DNA of 63,817 nucleotides, counting the filler, from Stramenopiles sp. TOSAG23-3 (lineage: Eukaryota): assembly GCA_900128585.1 (NCBI GenBank). It is 10 parts of 10 records of this genome, joined end to end, with 100 filler letters (N's around TTAATTAATTAA, not from the genome) between each part and the next. Parts side by side here need not be neighbours in the genome. Positions count along the whole stretch, not along the records: positions 19,238 to 25,534 come from LT643344.1; positions 25,635 to 31,930 come from LT643345.1; positions 32,031 to 38,320 come from LT643346.1; 7 more parts are not named here. One strand, 5' to 3'. Positions within the stretch are counted from its first letter, which is position 1. Every line of letters begins with the position of its first letter. This document shows positions 22,020 to 33,934 of the stretch, in pieces. The notes under the pieces are model-generated. The model worked only from the letters and a program-made list of their open reading frames with translations, was not told the DNA's origin and made no database searches. The translations under genes and the position numbers were made by a program.

Positions 22020-23170
22020 TAATAAAAACAAGAAATTGGCTGTTATTTAAGTTAATTAAAATTAATGTACTGCGAACTGTACTCTAGATTTAGACATTCG
22101 AGGTTTACATTCCTTCATGTACTGCGAACTTATCCTTTGCTCTTTTGGTTGTACTAATCGATATACCCTTGTCACTTAGTGCTGACTATCATTCTTGTTT
22201 AAATTGAAATTAAATCTTTTAAAAACAAGAAAATTGGCTGTTATTTAAGTAATTAAAATTAATGTACTGCGAACTGAAATCTTTTATCCTATAATAAAAA
22301 AACAGTAGGTACACTTACATCTGTATGTGTATACGACCACGAAACGACCAAACTCAATACCGATCATTACTTCATTGAGCCAGTACCACAGACAACGAGC
22401 CCCTTTAAAACATTTATGCCGCTGTGTACTTTTAAGACCAATCAATTGGAATCTTGACCTAGGAGGAGATATTGTTCTTGAACTGACACCTTCTTTTTTC
22501 TTTAATTTTAATTACTATAAAATAAAACAAGAAAATTGGCTGTTATTTAAGTAATTATTAAATTTAGCTTCGTCAAAATAACAGCCAGTTTTTCTTGTTT
22601 TAATAAAAACAAGAAAATTGGCTGTTAGTTTTAATAAAAAACAAATTATATATAAAAACAAATTATATATCATAGTATAAAAACAAGAAAAAATGGCTGT
22701 TATTTTATAGTATATATAGTTTTTTTTATATATATCTCATACGAAAACGAATCTGCTCCTTTTGTCCAATTCTAAATCAAAATACTCTTGTCACTTACTC
22801 TTGACTATCATTCTCAGATGTACTCCAAGCATGATCCGAATCCGTCTTGGCAACGCTTGCAAATGACCTGTAGTCAACTTCCTCGTCCGATGTCTCACTC
22901 ATGTGACCATATAGATAACTCAAACCTTGTGAGATTTTCCAAGCAGCGGCGTAAATGTTTCAGAGGTGCTCGTTGTCTTGTATTGATTGTAAATCAGTCA
23001 AGAGGGATTGCCATTTGTGGGTTGGGGTGGCGGGGGAGGGTTGTTCAAGTCGGTAGAGAGCATGTGAGCAAGCTAGCTCAAACCGGAGCGGCGAGGCGAG
23101 CAATTGACTAAAATAACAGCCAATTTTGTTTTTGACTTAAAATAACGAATTAACAGCCATTGTTTTTGTT
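22020..23170. repeat. Composite repeat cluster: at least 7 copies of (AAAA)CAAGAAAATTGGCTGTTA in both orientations plus degenerate coding relics
   Basis: Copies near 22024, 22221, 22524, 22577(-), 22606, 22679, 23110(-). Confidence 0.8.
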
Positions 23171-23204
23171 TTAATTGCTTGCCTTTTCTGCCTTTTTACC
23201 CTCC

Positions 23205-24896
23205 CTACAATTCTGATTTCTCTCCTTTTCTGACAGATTTCGGTAGCTTCAAGAGCTGGGCTTTATCGTATAGTTCCACAATGCTGTTCAAGTAATTCCG
23301 TTGAACGTACCGCTGTGTTTCCTCCGCGAAATCCGTTTGCGAAAACATTTCGTCCACGACCGTGTGCATCATGGAACGAGCCATTTCTTTCCAGTCCACT
23401 TTATCGTCTTCTTCATTCTTTATCATGGAACTCGGCAGCCCCTGCCGAAATCGAACGTCTTTGTCCATTAGCTGACGCAACGCTTGGAAATACCCTTCGA
23501 ATACGTGCTCATGTCGAAAAAATGCCCCAGCCCCAAAAAAGGATTCCCACGTAAAACAACCAGTAACGTCGGCCATGACCTCCTGGCCAACCGTCATGTG
23601 CATAGACACGTCTTTTGCTATATCACCAAAGCTCGCTGTGTGGGGCCCGCCATTGCCTTCCTTGGCAGTTTCGCCTTCTCCGCCTTGTTTTGGTGTAGAT
23701 GTAGCATGCAAGCATCCGCGTGGTACAAACAGAATGTCCCCTGCACTCACTACAACATCAAGATATGGGGGAGACAGCTCCTCCACATTCAGCTCATCCC
23801 CATCGTCACGACCGCGAACGTGCCGTGCCCGAACGGGCAATTGAAGATCAGGGTATTGCCACAATCGCCAGCGCTTCCTTCCGTGCAGCTGAACCATGAA
23901 AGACCCTTGGTAGTCCGTGTGAGGCGACAGCGAAGTCGTCACCCCAGGCGGGGTTATGTACAGGTTGATGCTTGTTTGGCGGCCGCTTGCCCGTGACAGG
24001 TCGATGGCGAAGCGAGCGACCTTGGGGCTCCAAAAGTGAATTCCCAAGAACTGCAGGGTGTGCCCATCTATCAGCGCCTTTGTCAATTCGGTGCGGGTTT
24101 GAAGACCTTCTGGCGCTTTATCGATGTCTGCAAAATGAACCTTTATATATTTAACATTCTGGGGAAACTTACGATCTCGTTTGTTGCCCTTATACATGTA
24201 CTTGTCATCCAAGACTTCGTCCAGGCTTAGGATAGAGTCAAACGCGCCCGGGGCATGGATCAAGACAGGAGCACGCTCCCAGTACTTCGATTCAAAATCT
24301 TCCGACACAAACTTATAAAACTCGTCACGGCTCGCGTCGCCAGTGTTTTTTAACGTTATCTCTGACGAGGGCCACTGTCTGACCACCTCGGGCGCGTACT
24401 TCCTCACGACCCCGTGGTCCGCGGGCCTGTGCCTCGTTGCCTTGTCGGCTGCTTCGTTTTCTGCGAGTAACCAGATATTTGCCTGCTCCCTGCGACGAGC
24501 ACGGGCCCTGTACCTCGGCAGTTCGTGCTTTAAGGTGGAGTTGTACCTTTTGTTGTACTGGTAGGCTAACTGGTATAAATTCTCCGCGATGCGTGAGTTT
24601 CTCTCGTCTGGCGCTAGGGCTGCGGCTCGGTTCAAAGCTTTGTACGCCTTCTTTAGCTTTCCCATCTTCAGCAGCGCCTCTGCAAACAAAGTCATTGCCG
24701 TAAAATTATTCCTGTCGTTTTTGGCAGCGTCGCGGTATTCCTTGAGTAACCGCGGTGCATCAGCTCTGGATATCCATCTATGATCTGCCCTAAATGCCTG
24801 CGCATAGTGCTGGGCCAACACCACGCAGAGAAAAACCGATGCCCTTACCCAAAGCCTCCCAAGTGAAAGTAATGTCGACGGACCAAGCTTCCACAT
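23205..24896 (-). CDS. Signal peptide + TPR + JmjC (cupin_4, RIOX/NO66/RoxA-like) 2OG-Fe(II) oxygenase ending in KSEL
   Basis: NLYITPPG...PHTD...QLHGRKRWRLW, GDILFVPRGCLH, SMHMTVG; hydrophobic N-terminus ending AQA. Confidence 0.85.
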   Translation of the reverse strand: MWKLGPSTLLSLGRLWVRASVFLCVVLAQHYAQAFRADHRWISRADAPRLLKEYRDAAKNDRNNFTAMTLFAEALLKMGKLKKAYKALNRAAALAPDERNSRIAENLYQLAYQYNKRYNSTLKHELPRYRARARRREQANIWLLAENEAADKATRHRPADHGVVRKYAPEVVRQWPSSEITLKNTGDASRDEFYKFVSEDFESKYWERAPVLIHAPGAFDSILSLDEVLDDKYMYKGNKRDRKFPQNVKYIKVHFADIDKAPEGLQTRTELTKALIDGHTLQFLGIHFWSPKVARFAIDLSRASGRQTSINLYITPPGVTTSLSPHTDYQGSFMVQLHGRKRWRLWQYPDLQLPVRARHVRGRDDGDELNVEELSPPYLDVVVSAGDILFVPRGCLHATSTPKQGGEGETAKEGNGGPHTASFGDIAKDVSMHMTVGQEVMADVTGCFTWESFFGAGAFFRHEHVFEGYFQALRQLMDKDVRFRQGLPSSMIKNEEDDKVDWKEMARSMMHTVVDEMFSQTDFAEETQRYVQRNYLNSIVELYDKAQLLKLPKSVRKGEKSEL

Positions 24897-25634
24897 TTGG
24901 TCTGTGGCTCTCCCCTCTAAAACTCTGCACTCCAACTATATACCAAGCGAACGACGACGGGGTTGACCAAATAATGGTGCAACGCGATAATACTTACACA
25001 GCGATCTCTCTCACTTTCCCTCCTTTCTAACTAACACTTTTCCTCTTGTTTTGTATTCGATACCTTGCTCATCGTGGCGTGATAGAAAACATATATGGAT
25101 TATGATTAATTAATTATTCACCACATACTTGGTACATGGAGAGGGTGGTGTGTTGTGGCGGCTGGAGAATGATACCAGGTTATAAAATGGCACTATATAA
25201 TAACACTACACAAATAATAACTATACGGAACGGTACAATGGTGGTACGGGTATTATGCCTGTCCTAGGTATACCTGTACCAAATAATATTAATACCGGTG
25301 TACCGGTAGGGGTACAGGTACGGTGTACGGTACAACACAGAAGGAGCGGGGTGAGGGGTGAGGTTAGGGTTATTGGTGAAGAAGAAGAATATACCAACTG
25401 ACAACTGATGAGAAGAAGAAGAAGAAGAAGAAAGTAAGAAGAAAGAAAGAAAGAAAAAAAAAATAATAATAATAATGAATGAATGATCAATTATAAAGAA
25501 CGAATGATAAATTAAAAGAGAAAATATCACACACNNNNNNNNNNNNNNNNNNNNNNNNNNNNNNNNNNNNNNNNNNNNTTAATTAATTAANNNNNNNNNN
25601 NNNNNNNNNNNNNNNNNNNNNNNNNNNNNNNNNN

Positions 25635-26492
25635 TTTTGTTTTTTCTATGGCAAGGTGCACTAGATGCTCTCTTCTAATATTTTCTAATTGACGTTGCAG
25701 CACTGCATTTTGGTCGCGGAGAAGTAATACCTCTGATTGCATAGGAGTGAAATCACTGCGCAGCGTGTTAACGTTTTTTCTGGCGATAGATAACTTGTTT
25801 CTTGTTGTTTCTAATTCTACTTTCAGGGCTGCCATCTTTTTACTGAGAAAAACCTGCGAAAAGGCTTTGCCTTCACCATGCCGATTGCCACAATTTCGAA
25901 CGTCCGGCGTCGTCCTTTTCACTTTACCAACTCTGCCCAGCACTAACCTGGTGCCGCCATTATTTTTATGTTCTTTCTGCGTTGTTCTACTGTTCACTGT
26001 ACATCTCAGCTGCGCCTGCAGCATACGATTTTTTTGGACTTCCTCTTCCAGTGCGATTTCAAGCAGGGTTTGTCCCCTTTTTATTGCTCGTTGCTCGGTT
26101 CTAAATTTTTGCATCTCTGCGACAAAGCCCTCGTGTTCGATTGCTGCCCATTTTTTCCTTTTTAAATCGGCTGTTGTGCTTAAAGAGACTTCGCACTGCT
26201 GTTTCAACAGCCTGTTTTCTATTACAATTTCTTCGTACTTCGCTGTTTGAAGTATCCGATCTTTAAATTCAAAGCATTGAGCAGACAAAACTTCTTTCTC
26301 TTTTCTGAGACGATTGGTGTCCTCTCGCATTTTAACAATATCCAATGTTGTTAAAATTCTTACCTCGTTGCGAAGTTTTTCTATTTCTTTGCGGAGAACG
26401 CTCTCTGTAAAACGCTGCTCCTCTATTATGTGATGTAGCTTCACAACAGAAGCTTCTCCCGCCGAGGGTTCTTGTTCTCCCTCACCGTTCAT
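25635..26492 (-). CDS. Coiled-coil protein, 3' truncated by contig end
   Basis: ATG ORF with heptad-rich E/K/L/R composition running into the linker. Confidence 0.7.
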
Positions 26493-27144
26493 TTTAACAC
26501 CTGTCCGTGTAGTTCCGCTTTCGTGTGACTTTATATTTCAACAGACGCTTTGTCCGCAAAAGAGTTTTGGCGTGCCAAATGTTGTCTTGGGAAGTGAGCA
26601 GCCTGCAGTTACTACTGCTAGAGTTAGTTGGTTGCCCAGCTCCTCTACACAGTGGCCTTCTTCTTCTTGCCTTCGTTCGCTATTGCAGTTGTACAGGTTC
26701 GTACCAGGTCTGCGTTGTACGGGTTCGGTACCGTCGTATATTTATCGATTGTTTTAATGCTGTGATCATTATACCGTACTGGTACTGCTCTCTCCTCGCC
26801 TTGAACTAAAAAACTACTGATGAGGAACTACGAGAGGATTCCTTCTCTCTTACCTTACCGGATACTTTATTATAATAAAACTCACAAGAAAATTGGCTGT
26901 TATTATATACTAGTCTATTATAGCTCTTTAAGTAATAATTTTAAAATGTATTATAATAGCTTATTTCTATATAGTTAGTACCTGGTACCGGTACCTGGTA
27001 CCAGGTACCGTACTATTATATATATATAGGTCATAATTAAATATTGGCAACAACAACAACAAAAAATAATAATAAATAAAATAATGACCAAAAAATATAA
27101 AATCTTAAAATAATACTGAATGAAAATTTAGGAAAAATTAATAT

Positions 27145-28868
27145 TCACTGTGTTAACTGTTTCACATAATGACCTGCACTTGGCGAGACGTGAATACTTC
27201 CTGGCTCATCTTTCCCCCAGTCACGTGTGTACCCTACCGATTTTTGTCCTAATGGTGATAATAGACCATTTGCATTCGCATCCGCAGTTCCTTCTGCAAT
27301 ACTGCTTCCTTCGCCAAAACCGCCCACCATTTTTATTTTTGACTGGCTAAACCCATGCCCCTGCGTTTGAGGAAACAATGGCGGTGGGAGCCTTTTTAAT
27401 GGCTCTGTTGTTATGAAAGGCCGATCTCTTGGGGCTCTCCTCTTGCCTTGGAGTACCTGGTGCCCGAGGGTGTCTCGTTTCTCTCTAGTGTTAGGTTTGT
27501 GGGGTAACGGTGCCGGGACCGGGTCTTTTCCTTTTGTATTAGCGCCCCAGTCGTTGGCTTTAATGAGCTTAATGTTCTCGTCGTCTTCGTCTTGCATATT
27601 TGACTGCGGAAGGCGAGCAGCCAGGGCAACTGGGGATGGTGGGCCCACCTCATCTTCAACACCGCTTAACATTGCCAATATATCAGGGGATATGTCGTTC
27701 TGGTCGCCCGCCTGAGTTTGGAGTGGACCAGGACTTCCTTGGCTAGGCTGTACAGTAGTTTGTTCGGCGGTGGCTGGCTGCTCGACCATAGTCTGGTGCA
27801 TTTTATACGTTGTTCGGCTCATTTTTTTCGGGTCCTCCAACATTTGTGGTCCTTGCTTTGATCCATCGCCTTCTTTAAGGAGGACGCCTCCAACTACCTC
27901 CATGATTTGTAACAAAGATGGTTGCTGGGACGTGGACTCTTTAAAGAATTCTCCCCCGACGGCATTATCGGTTGCACGCTTTTTGCCCTTCTTTTTTTTC
28001 TTGCTCTTCTTCTGGGGGGACGCTAAAGCTTGTTCCGCGACACTTCGTTTCCCCCAACAGAAACATTCATGGCATAAGCATGGGGTGGCATTTTTTCTGG
28101 TTTCATCTGGTTGATCACTATGACGTTTCCATTTCTATCGAACACAAAATCTTTCCCTTTCAAATCCTTCATCAACTGCTCGTGCTTTTCTTTTTCTTCG
28201 CGCTCCCGTTCAGCAGCCTCTTCTAACCGCTTTTGTGCCGCCGCTTCCGCCCGCTCCATCTCACGAATAGCCCGAAGTCTTGCCCTCTCTTCCGGTGGCA
28301 GTTTTCGCCTTTCCTGTCGACTGCCTTTTTTGTCCCCACTTTCAGACGGAGGAGCTAACTCACGGATGCGACTTTCGAGAGTTGTACCCTTTTTCCCACG
28401 CCCACGCCCACCCATTTTGCTTCGATTACTTTGTCGCGTTGAAAGACCACGTCTACTTCCGCGTGTTATAGCCGTTCCAGCTTCACTCGGGGCTTTTGAA
28501 TTTTCTGTGATTGGTAATGGTTTGTATTTTTTTACCCGTTGACGCACCACAAGCGTACCAGACGCCCACGAATCAATTTCAGCAGGGCTTGCCTCTTCCT
28601 CCGCTACCCAGAGTTCTGCGGTCCTACCGTCACTATCAGGAAGTTCTTCCACGTCAACTTCGACGTCGTCTTTACCATAGTACATCCAATTAACAACGTC
28701 CATCACATCACAAATCACCTTGCGTGAAGAATATGGTACCTCCCTCGCTTTTAAGTAATGCTCGTACAACTTTTTACCGCAAGCATCTACTAGCTCATTC
28801 ACTATCTCAGCCGAAACCGTTTGCCCCGCGAGAACGGCGTCGAATTCCTGTGCTTCATCTTCGGCCAT
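27145..28868 (-). CDS. C2orf81/DUF4639-like (probably ciliary) protein encoded in two overlapping frames (0: 28868-28023; -1: about 28053-27145)
   Basis: VPYS...VVNWMYYGKD...WVAEEEASPAEIDSWASGTL resembles the C2orf81 motif WGEDEEP...DSWAQGSVPV; the -1 frame is open from the junction to the stop at 27145. Confidence 0.72.
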
Positions 28869-30264
28869 GATTCACAGTCCCGTTGTTCAAAATTATTGCA
28901 GTTATGGTTGAACAATAATAACTAAAATGCAATGCCACGATTGGTATTTAATATTTCTTGCGCCACGCTTTTGCAAAAAAAACTCGGACTGTAATAAGCA
29001 AATGAACATGAAATGCTCGTCCAAACAACAATAAGTAATCGAACGAACATGAAGAAACTCAAACGCGATGGTTACTGCTAATAAATAATTATAATAATAA
29101 TAATAAATAAATAATAAATAACTACTAACGAGGAGCGAGGAAGGATGATGATGATATTTTAAAAAATACATTTCTCCTCCTTGTCGTCGTCGTATTACTA
29201 CGTACGGTAGTCATATATAAAAATGAACACATTAGCTGAAAGACTATAGGATTCATTTTTTCATTTTAGTAACTTTCTTTTATTTATATACAGGACATAC
29301 GATGAATAATCATCAGAGAGATGAAACGGATATTATTAGAAGACTAAGTATAAGTATATAGTACGAAGGAGTATACAGTACGAGGAGTACGAGTAGTAGT
29401 AGTAGACGAATAAATAATTAATTTTCCTTTATCATCAATTAAGGCAAATTTATATAATTGAATATTATTGACTTTGTTCCTTCAAAAATATTAATATTCA
29501 TTATATATCAATTAAATTCCATAAGTCGTATTTATTTGTATATAATTCATTTTACCTTAATTATTAAAGTGATGTTAATTCCGTATTGTAATAAGTTTCA
29601 AGAGAAATAATGATGCGGCTATCTCTGAACTCTGAACTGACCTGACCGTTGCTCCGTATTTTAATGAGAAGGAGAATATAACATATAACTAAATATATTA
29701 AATTGTATCTATATATATTTATATAGGAATATTTTGTACTACTATACTCGCACTCGTTTGTAATATGCGAATTCCAAGATTCCAAGGTAGTAGTAGTAGG
29801 TGGAGAGTCCTATAATACTTCGTTGTATACAGTACAACATAGTCTAGTAATAGTTATTCTTTAAAATGTGCAGCAGTTAGTTGGTGGTGTATCCGACCTC
29901 CTTCTTCTCGGTAAAAAAATATCATCGTATTGATCGTCATCATGAGATGATAGACCGACAACAATGATATTAATAATATAATAATACCAAGTATAATAAT
30001 AGTAGTGCTCTAGAGCTATCTATATAAAAAATTAACGCTGGCAAAGTACCGCTCGTGGTTTTCGCCACCTGCAACTGTATGGTAAGGATATGATGTATGC
30101 AATATGAAGTCGAACATCAAGGTGTATCAATTTTATTGCTCAGACCAATGCATCACAATCCATCTGTTTCAAAGGATCGTAACAAACTAATTAACTTCGT
30201 GGCTTGTTATAAAAGTTGGACCAGTTTTACTATATAGGTCACGGCGCCAAAGACTGGGTTGGCA

Positions 30265-31930
30265 ATGTCAAAAGCTAAGTCGGCGCGAGAATATGCGGAA
30301 GAGTTTTGCGCAGCGAATAACTTGGACTATGAAATCCACAAAGATGCGATTGCAAATTCTTGGCTAGAAAAACAGCAGGTAATTCTCACAGAAAAACTTA
30401 GGAAAAGTGCTGAGAAATTAGAGAAATCAAATAGAAAACGAGCTGAGTACAAAGACCTTTACAAGAAACTCAAAGAGCATACAAAGAGCAACGAGTCCAT
30501 GTTCGAAGAAGCCTACGGGCAGTTACAGGAACAGTTAGAAGAAAAAGAAGTAGAGTTACACGAAGTCCAAGAGGCTAGCAAAGGTGCCGAGGATGACAAT
30601 GACAAATTCCAAGAAGAGTTGGAAAAGCTCAAAGAAGATACTGAAGAATTATTGCTTGATAAAAAAAATGCAGAAGAACGTGTAGCTGCACTGGAAGAAG
30701 AACTAAAGACCTTGGCAGAAGAGAAAGAAAAAATGGAGGCGAAGCATGCTGATGCCGACCAATCGGAGGAATACGAAGCAAGAATAGAGTCTAATGAAGA
30801 GAAAATAAAGAAACTAGAAGAGTTGAACGAGGAAATGAAACAAAAACTTTTAGAAGAAACCGCCAAAAATGAAGCTTTAGAATCAAAAGTGTCGTCAGGA
30901 AACGAAGAGCAGGTCGCTGAAATGACTGCCAAATTGGAAGAGCAAGCGAAAGTAGCAGAAGATGCGTACGAAAAAATGAAATCGAAACTGCAAGAGGAAC
31001 TGAATCAAACTAAGGAGCAAATTGCTCCTTTGCAAATTGAAACTGTAGAGCATAGAGAGAAAAATGAGGCCTTGGAGGCTACCGTTAAAGAGCTTCAGTC
31101 TACACTTGCAGAAATAGAAACGGGAGGAAACGAACATGATTTGTTGAAAAAGAAAAACGAAGAGTTGGAGAATGAAGTCAGGATGCTGCTAGAAAACATC
31201 AAAGAACTATCCAGCAAAGATGACGATAACGAAGGCATGATGGAAACGATTGACCAGCTCGCTGAAGAACTGCACATTGCACAGGCGGATGTTAGTAGAG
31301 AAAAGGAAGCCGGGCGCGAAGAATTGAAGAGATTTGCTGCAGAGGCGACTGCGATTAAACTTGAGATGCTAAAAAAACAAGAAGATGAAAGTCGCATAGC
31401 CCTAAAGAAGATGGCAGACGAATTAGATGCATTTAAAGCAAGCGCAGATGTACAGGCTGCTGGAAAGCACGAAGCGCTGCAGCATCTAGCTGAAACTGCA
31501 CAGCTGCAAAAGGCTGAAGCTATTCAACTGGCAAAATTAGAAGTTGCTACTGGCGTCCAGGACGGGAGTAACAAAGACCTTATAGACAAGAGTAAGCAAG
31601 ACCAAACAAGTGCCGTTAAAGAGATTCAAGATAATCTAGAACAAAAGACCAATGTTCAAGAAATATCATTACTGAAGGATCGAATAGAAAAACTGCAGCA
31701 CCAAATGGGGGAAATAAAGACCAGTTTGCAGGGAGATCCAAAACGCCTTGTTGATGAAATTGAACGCCTTAATGGGGACGTTGAATCTCGGGATAAAGTC
31801 ATCGTTCAGATAAGAGTTGACCACGAACAAAAATTCCAAAGCTTAGTGGCAGATATGAAACGTCAACAGGAGGAAATGCTAGAAAACGTAGACGCGGAGC
31901 CGGCAAAACTATTGAAAAAGATATCCGATT
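30265..31930 (+). CDS. Long acidic coiled-coil protein, 3' truncated
   Basis: More than 550 codons, E/K-rich heptads, runs into the linker. Confidence 0.8.
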
Positions 31931-32328
31931 NNNNNNNNNNNNNNNNNNNNNNNNNNNNNNNNNNNNNNNNNNNNTTAATTAATTAANNNNNNNNNNNNNN
32001 NNNNNNNNNNNNNNNNNNNNNNNNNNNNNNGGGGGGGGGGGGGGGGGGGGGGGGGGAGGAACGCGTGTGTTTGACTAACTTTTCAAAAGCTTTCAGAATG
32101 CCTAGCCATATAAATACATACACACATACGATATTTTTTGTCCGATTTGATCAAGTTGTCTATCAATATATAAATCCCTATAAAATATACATCGGATTGG
32201 ATCGTTTTATATTAATTAAATTTATTATTTTTTTATTACAGTGTAAAAAATGTAAGAAGATATTTTTATATTATTATAAAATATTTTACTATCATATTAT
32301 TGTACTACTCTTTTCTTTCTTTCTTTCT

Positions 32329-32359
<31 letters not shown>

Positions 32360-33140
32360 GTTTCTTTGTTTCTTTCTTTCTTCTTCTTCCTCTCTTCTTG
32401 TTGTTCCCCGCCACCCTCTCTCCCTTTCTCTCTTTCTCTCTTTCTCCATCCCTTTCTCCATCCCTTTCTCCCTCCTCCTTTTGTTTTCTAACTTCCATAA
32501 TTTATTAAATTGCTTCTTCTTTTTTTTAAATTTTATAAATACATTTTTTTCTTTTCGATTCCTTTTCTTTCTCTTTCAGTGAGTACGTAGTGAGTAGTGA
32601 AGCGGCATTTGATTTATATTTAAGTGTTATGGTGATTTTTATGAGGTTAATTATAATAGTCGTTCTATAGCTAGACACTGTACTATATATGCAATTTAAA
32701 TACCAAATATTATAAATATGCATCAAATACATTAAAATTAAAATGTTTAACAATTAAATCATACTGTAACAATGGGTGAATTTAATATTTACACCCAAAA
32801 CTTTAACTCAATTCAACATTTCGCTATAAAATAAATAAAGAAATAAATAAAGAAAGAATTAAAATTAGAATTAGAATTAAAATTAAATTAATTAAACTAT
32901 TTTGATAGACAGATAGCCGACTGATTACTCGACTGAAGACTATAAATAAAAGTCTTTATGATGATTGATGTACAATTTAAAATGGAATTCACTCATTTTT
33001 AATTTATATTTTATATAAAACATTATATAAATACAGCATTGAATATATAGAAGGAAAAAATAAAAAATAAAAAAGTTAAATACATAATCATAGTATGGCC
33101 TTCTTCTTCTTGCTCTTACTCTTAATTAGACTACGTATGA

Positions 33141-33186
33141 GCTGAAGGCTGAAGGCTGAAGGCTGAAGGCTGAAGGCTGAAGGCTG
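33141..33186. repeat. (GCTGAAG)6+ heptamer tandem repeat
   Basis: Direct. Confidence 0.9.
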
Positions 33187-33283
33187 GGTTACAATTTGGC
33201 TCCCTCACTTATTCCTTCCTTCCTTCATTGTATTTCCTTTAAACTATCATATCTTGATTCTTTCTTTCTTTCTTTCTTTCTCT

Positions 33284-33322
<39 letters not shown>

Positions 33323-33934
33323 CTTCTTTCTTTCTTTCTTTCTTTCTCTTCTTTCTTTCTTTCTTTCTTATTAGCCTATCCATCCCCTTTCTCTTTCTCT
33401 TTTTCACATATTCCATATTCCAATACTATTTCTATATATATTAATTTAACTATGTATTATTGTCGTTATTTATTATAAGAGATACTATTACTACAAAGAA
33501 GAAGAAGAATATTTTCAATTTGGTATTTCTCTTCTTGTCTATTTCAATAGTACGTAGTTATAAATTTAAGTAAAATAAGAAGAAATGGATTGACTGGATA
33601 TAAAGCATTCGTATCCTTTTTATTTAACATAGAAACAACATAAGTGTGAGTGAGTAAGTGCCTTAGTCATTGAGAGATTTATTTTAAGAAAAATAAGAAA
33701 CAGAAAGAAGAGATATGTACAAAACGAAAAGGAAACGAGATAGAAGAAGAGGAAGGGAGAAAAAGGGAAGAAGAATTTACAACACAACCGTATTGATCTA
33801 GAATCTACCACAAAACTAAGTTTTAGTTTCTTTCTTTATTTCATATCTACGCAATCATTATTCTTACGTAGATTTTTCGTGTACGAAATCGCATATACCA
33901 AACCCACCTTCTTCTTCCTACTTCTTTACCACCG

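Noticed and set aside
22020..22710. Repeated motif with variable spacers as a CRISPR-like array
   Set aside because: Irregular spacing, mixed orientation, eukaryotic context, no cas genes
32031..32056. Poly-G (and poly-A at 38421-38464) at contig starts
   Set aside because: Typical contig-end or sequencing artefacts
32065..33811. F/L/S-rich or K/E/R-rich small ORFs (also 5281-5758, 14241-14468, 49018-49439)
   Set aside because: Translations of microsatellites and AT-rich spacer
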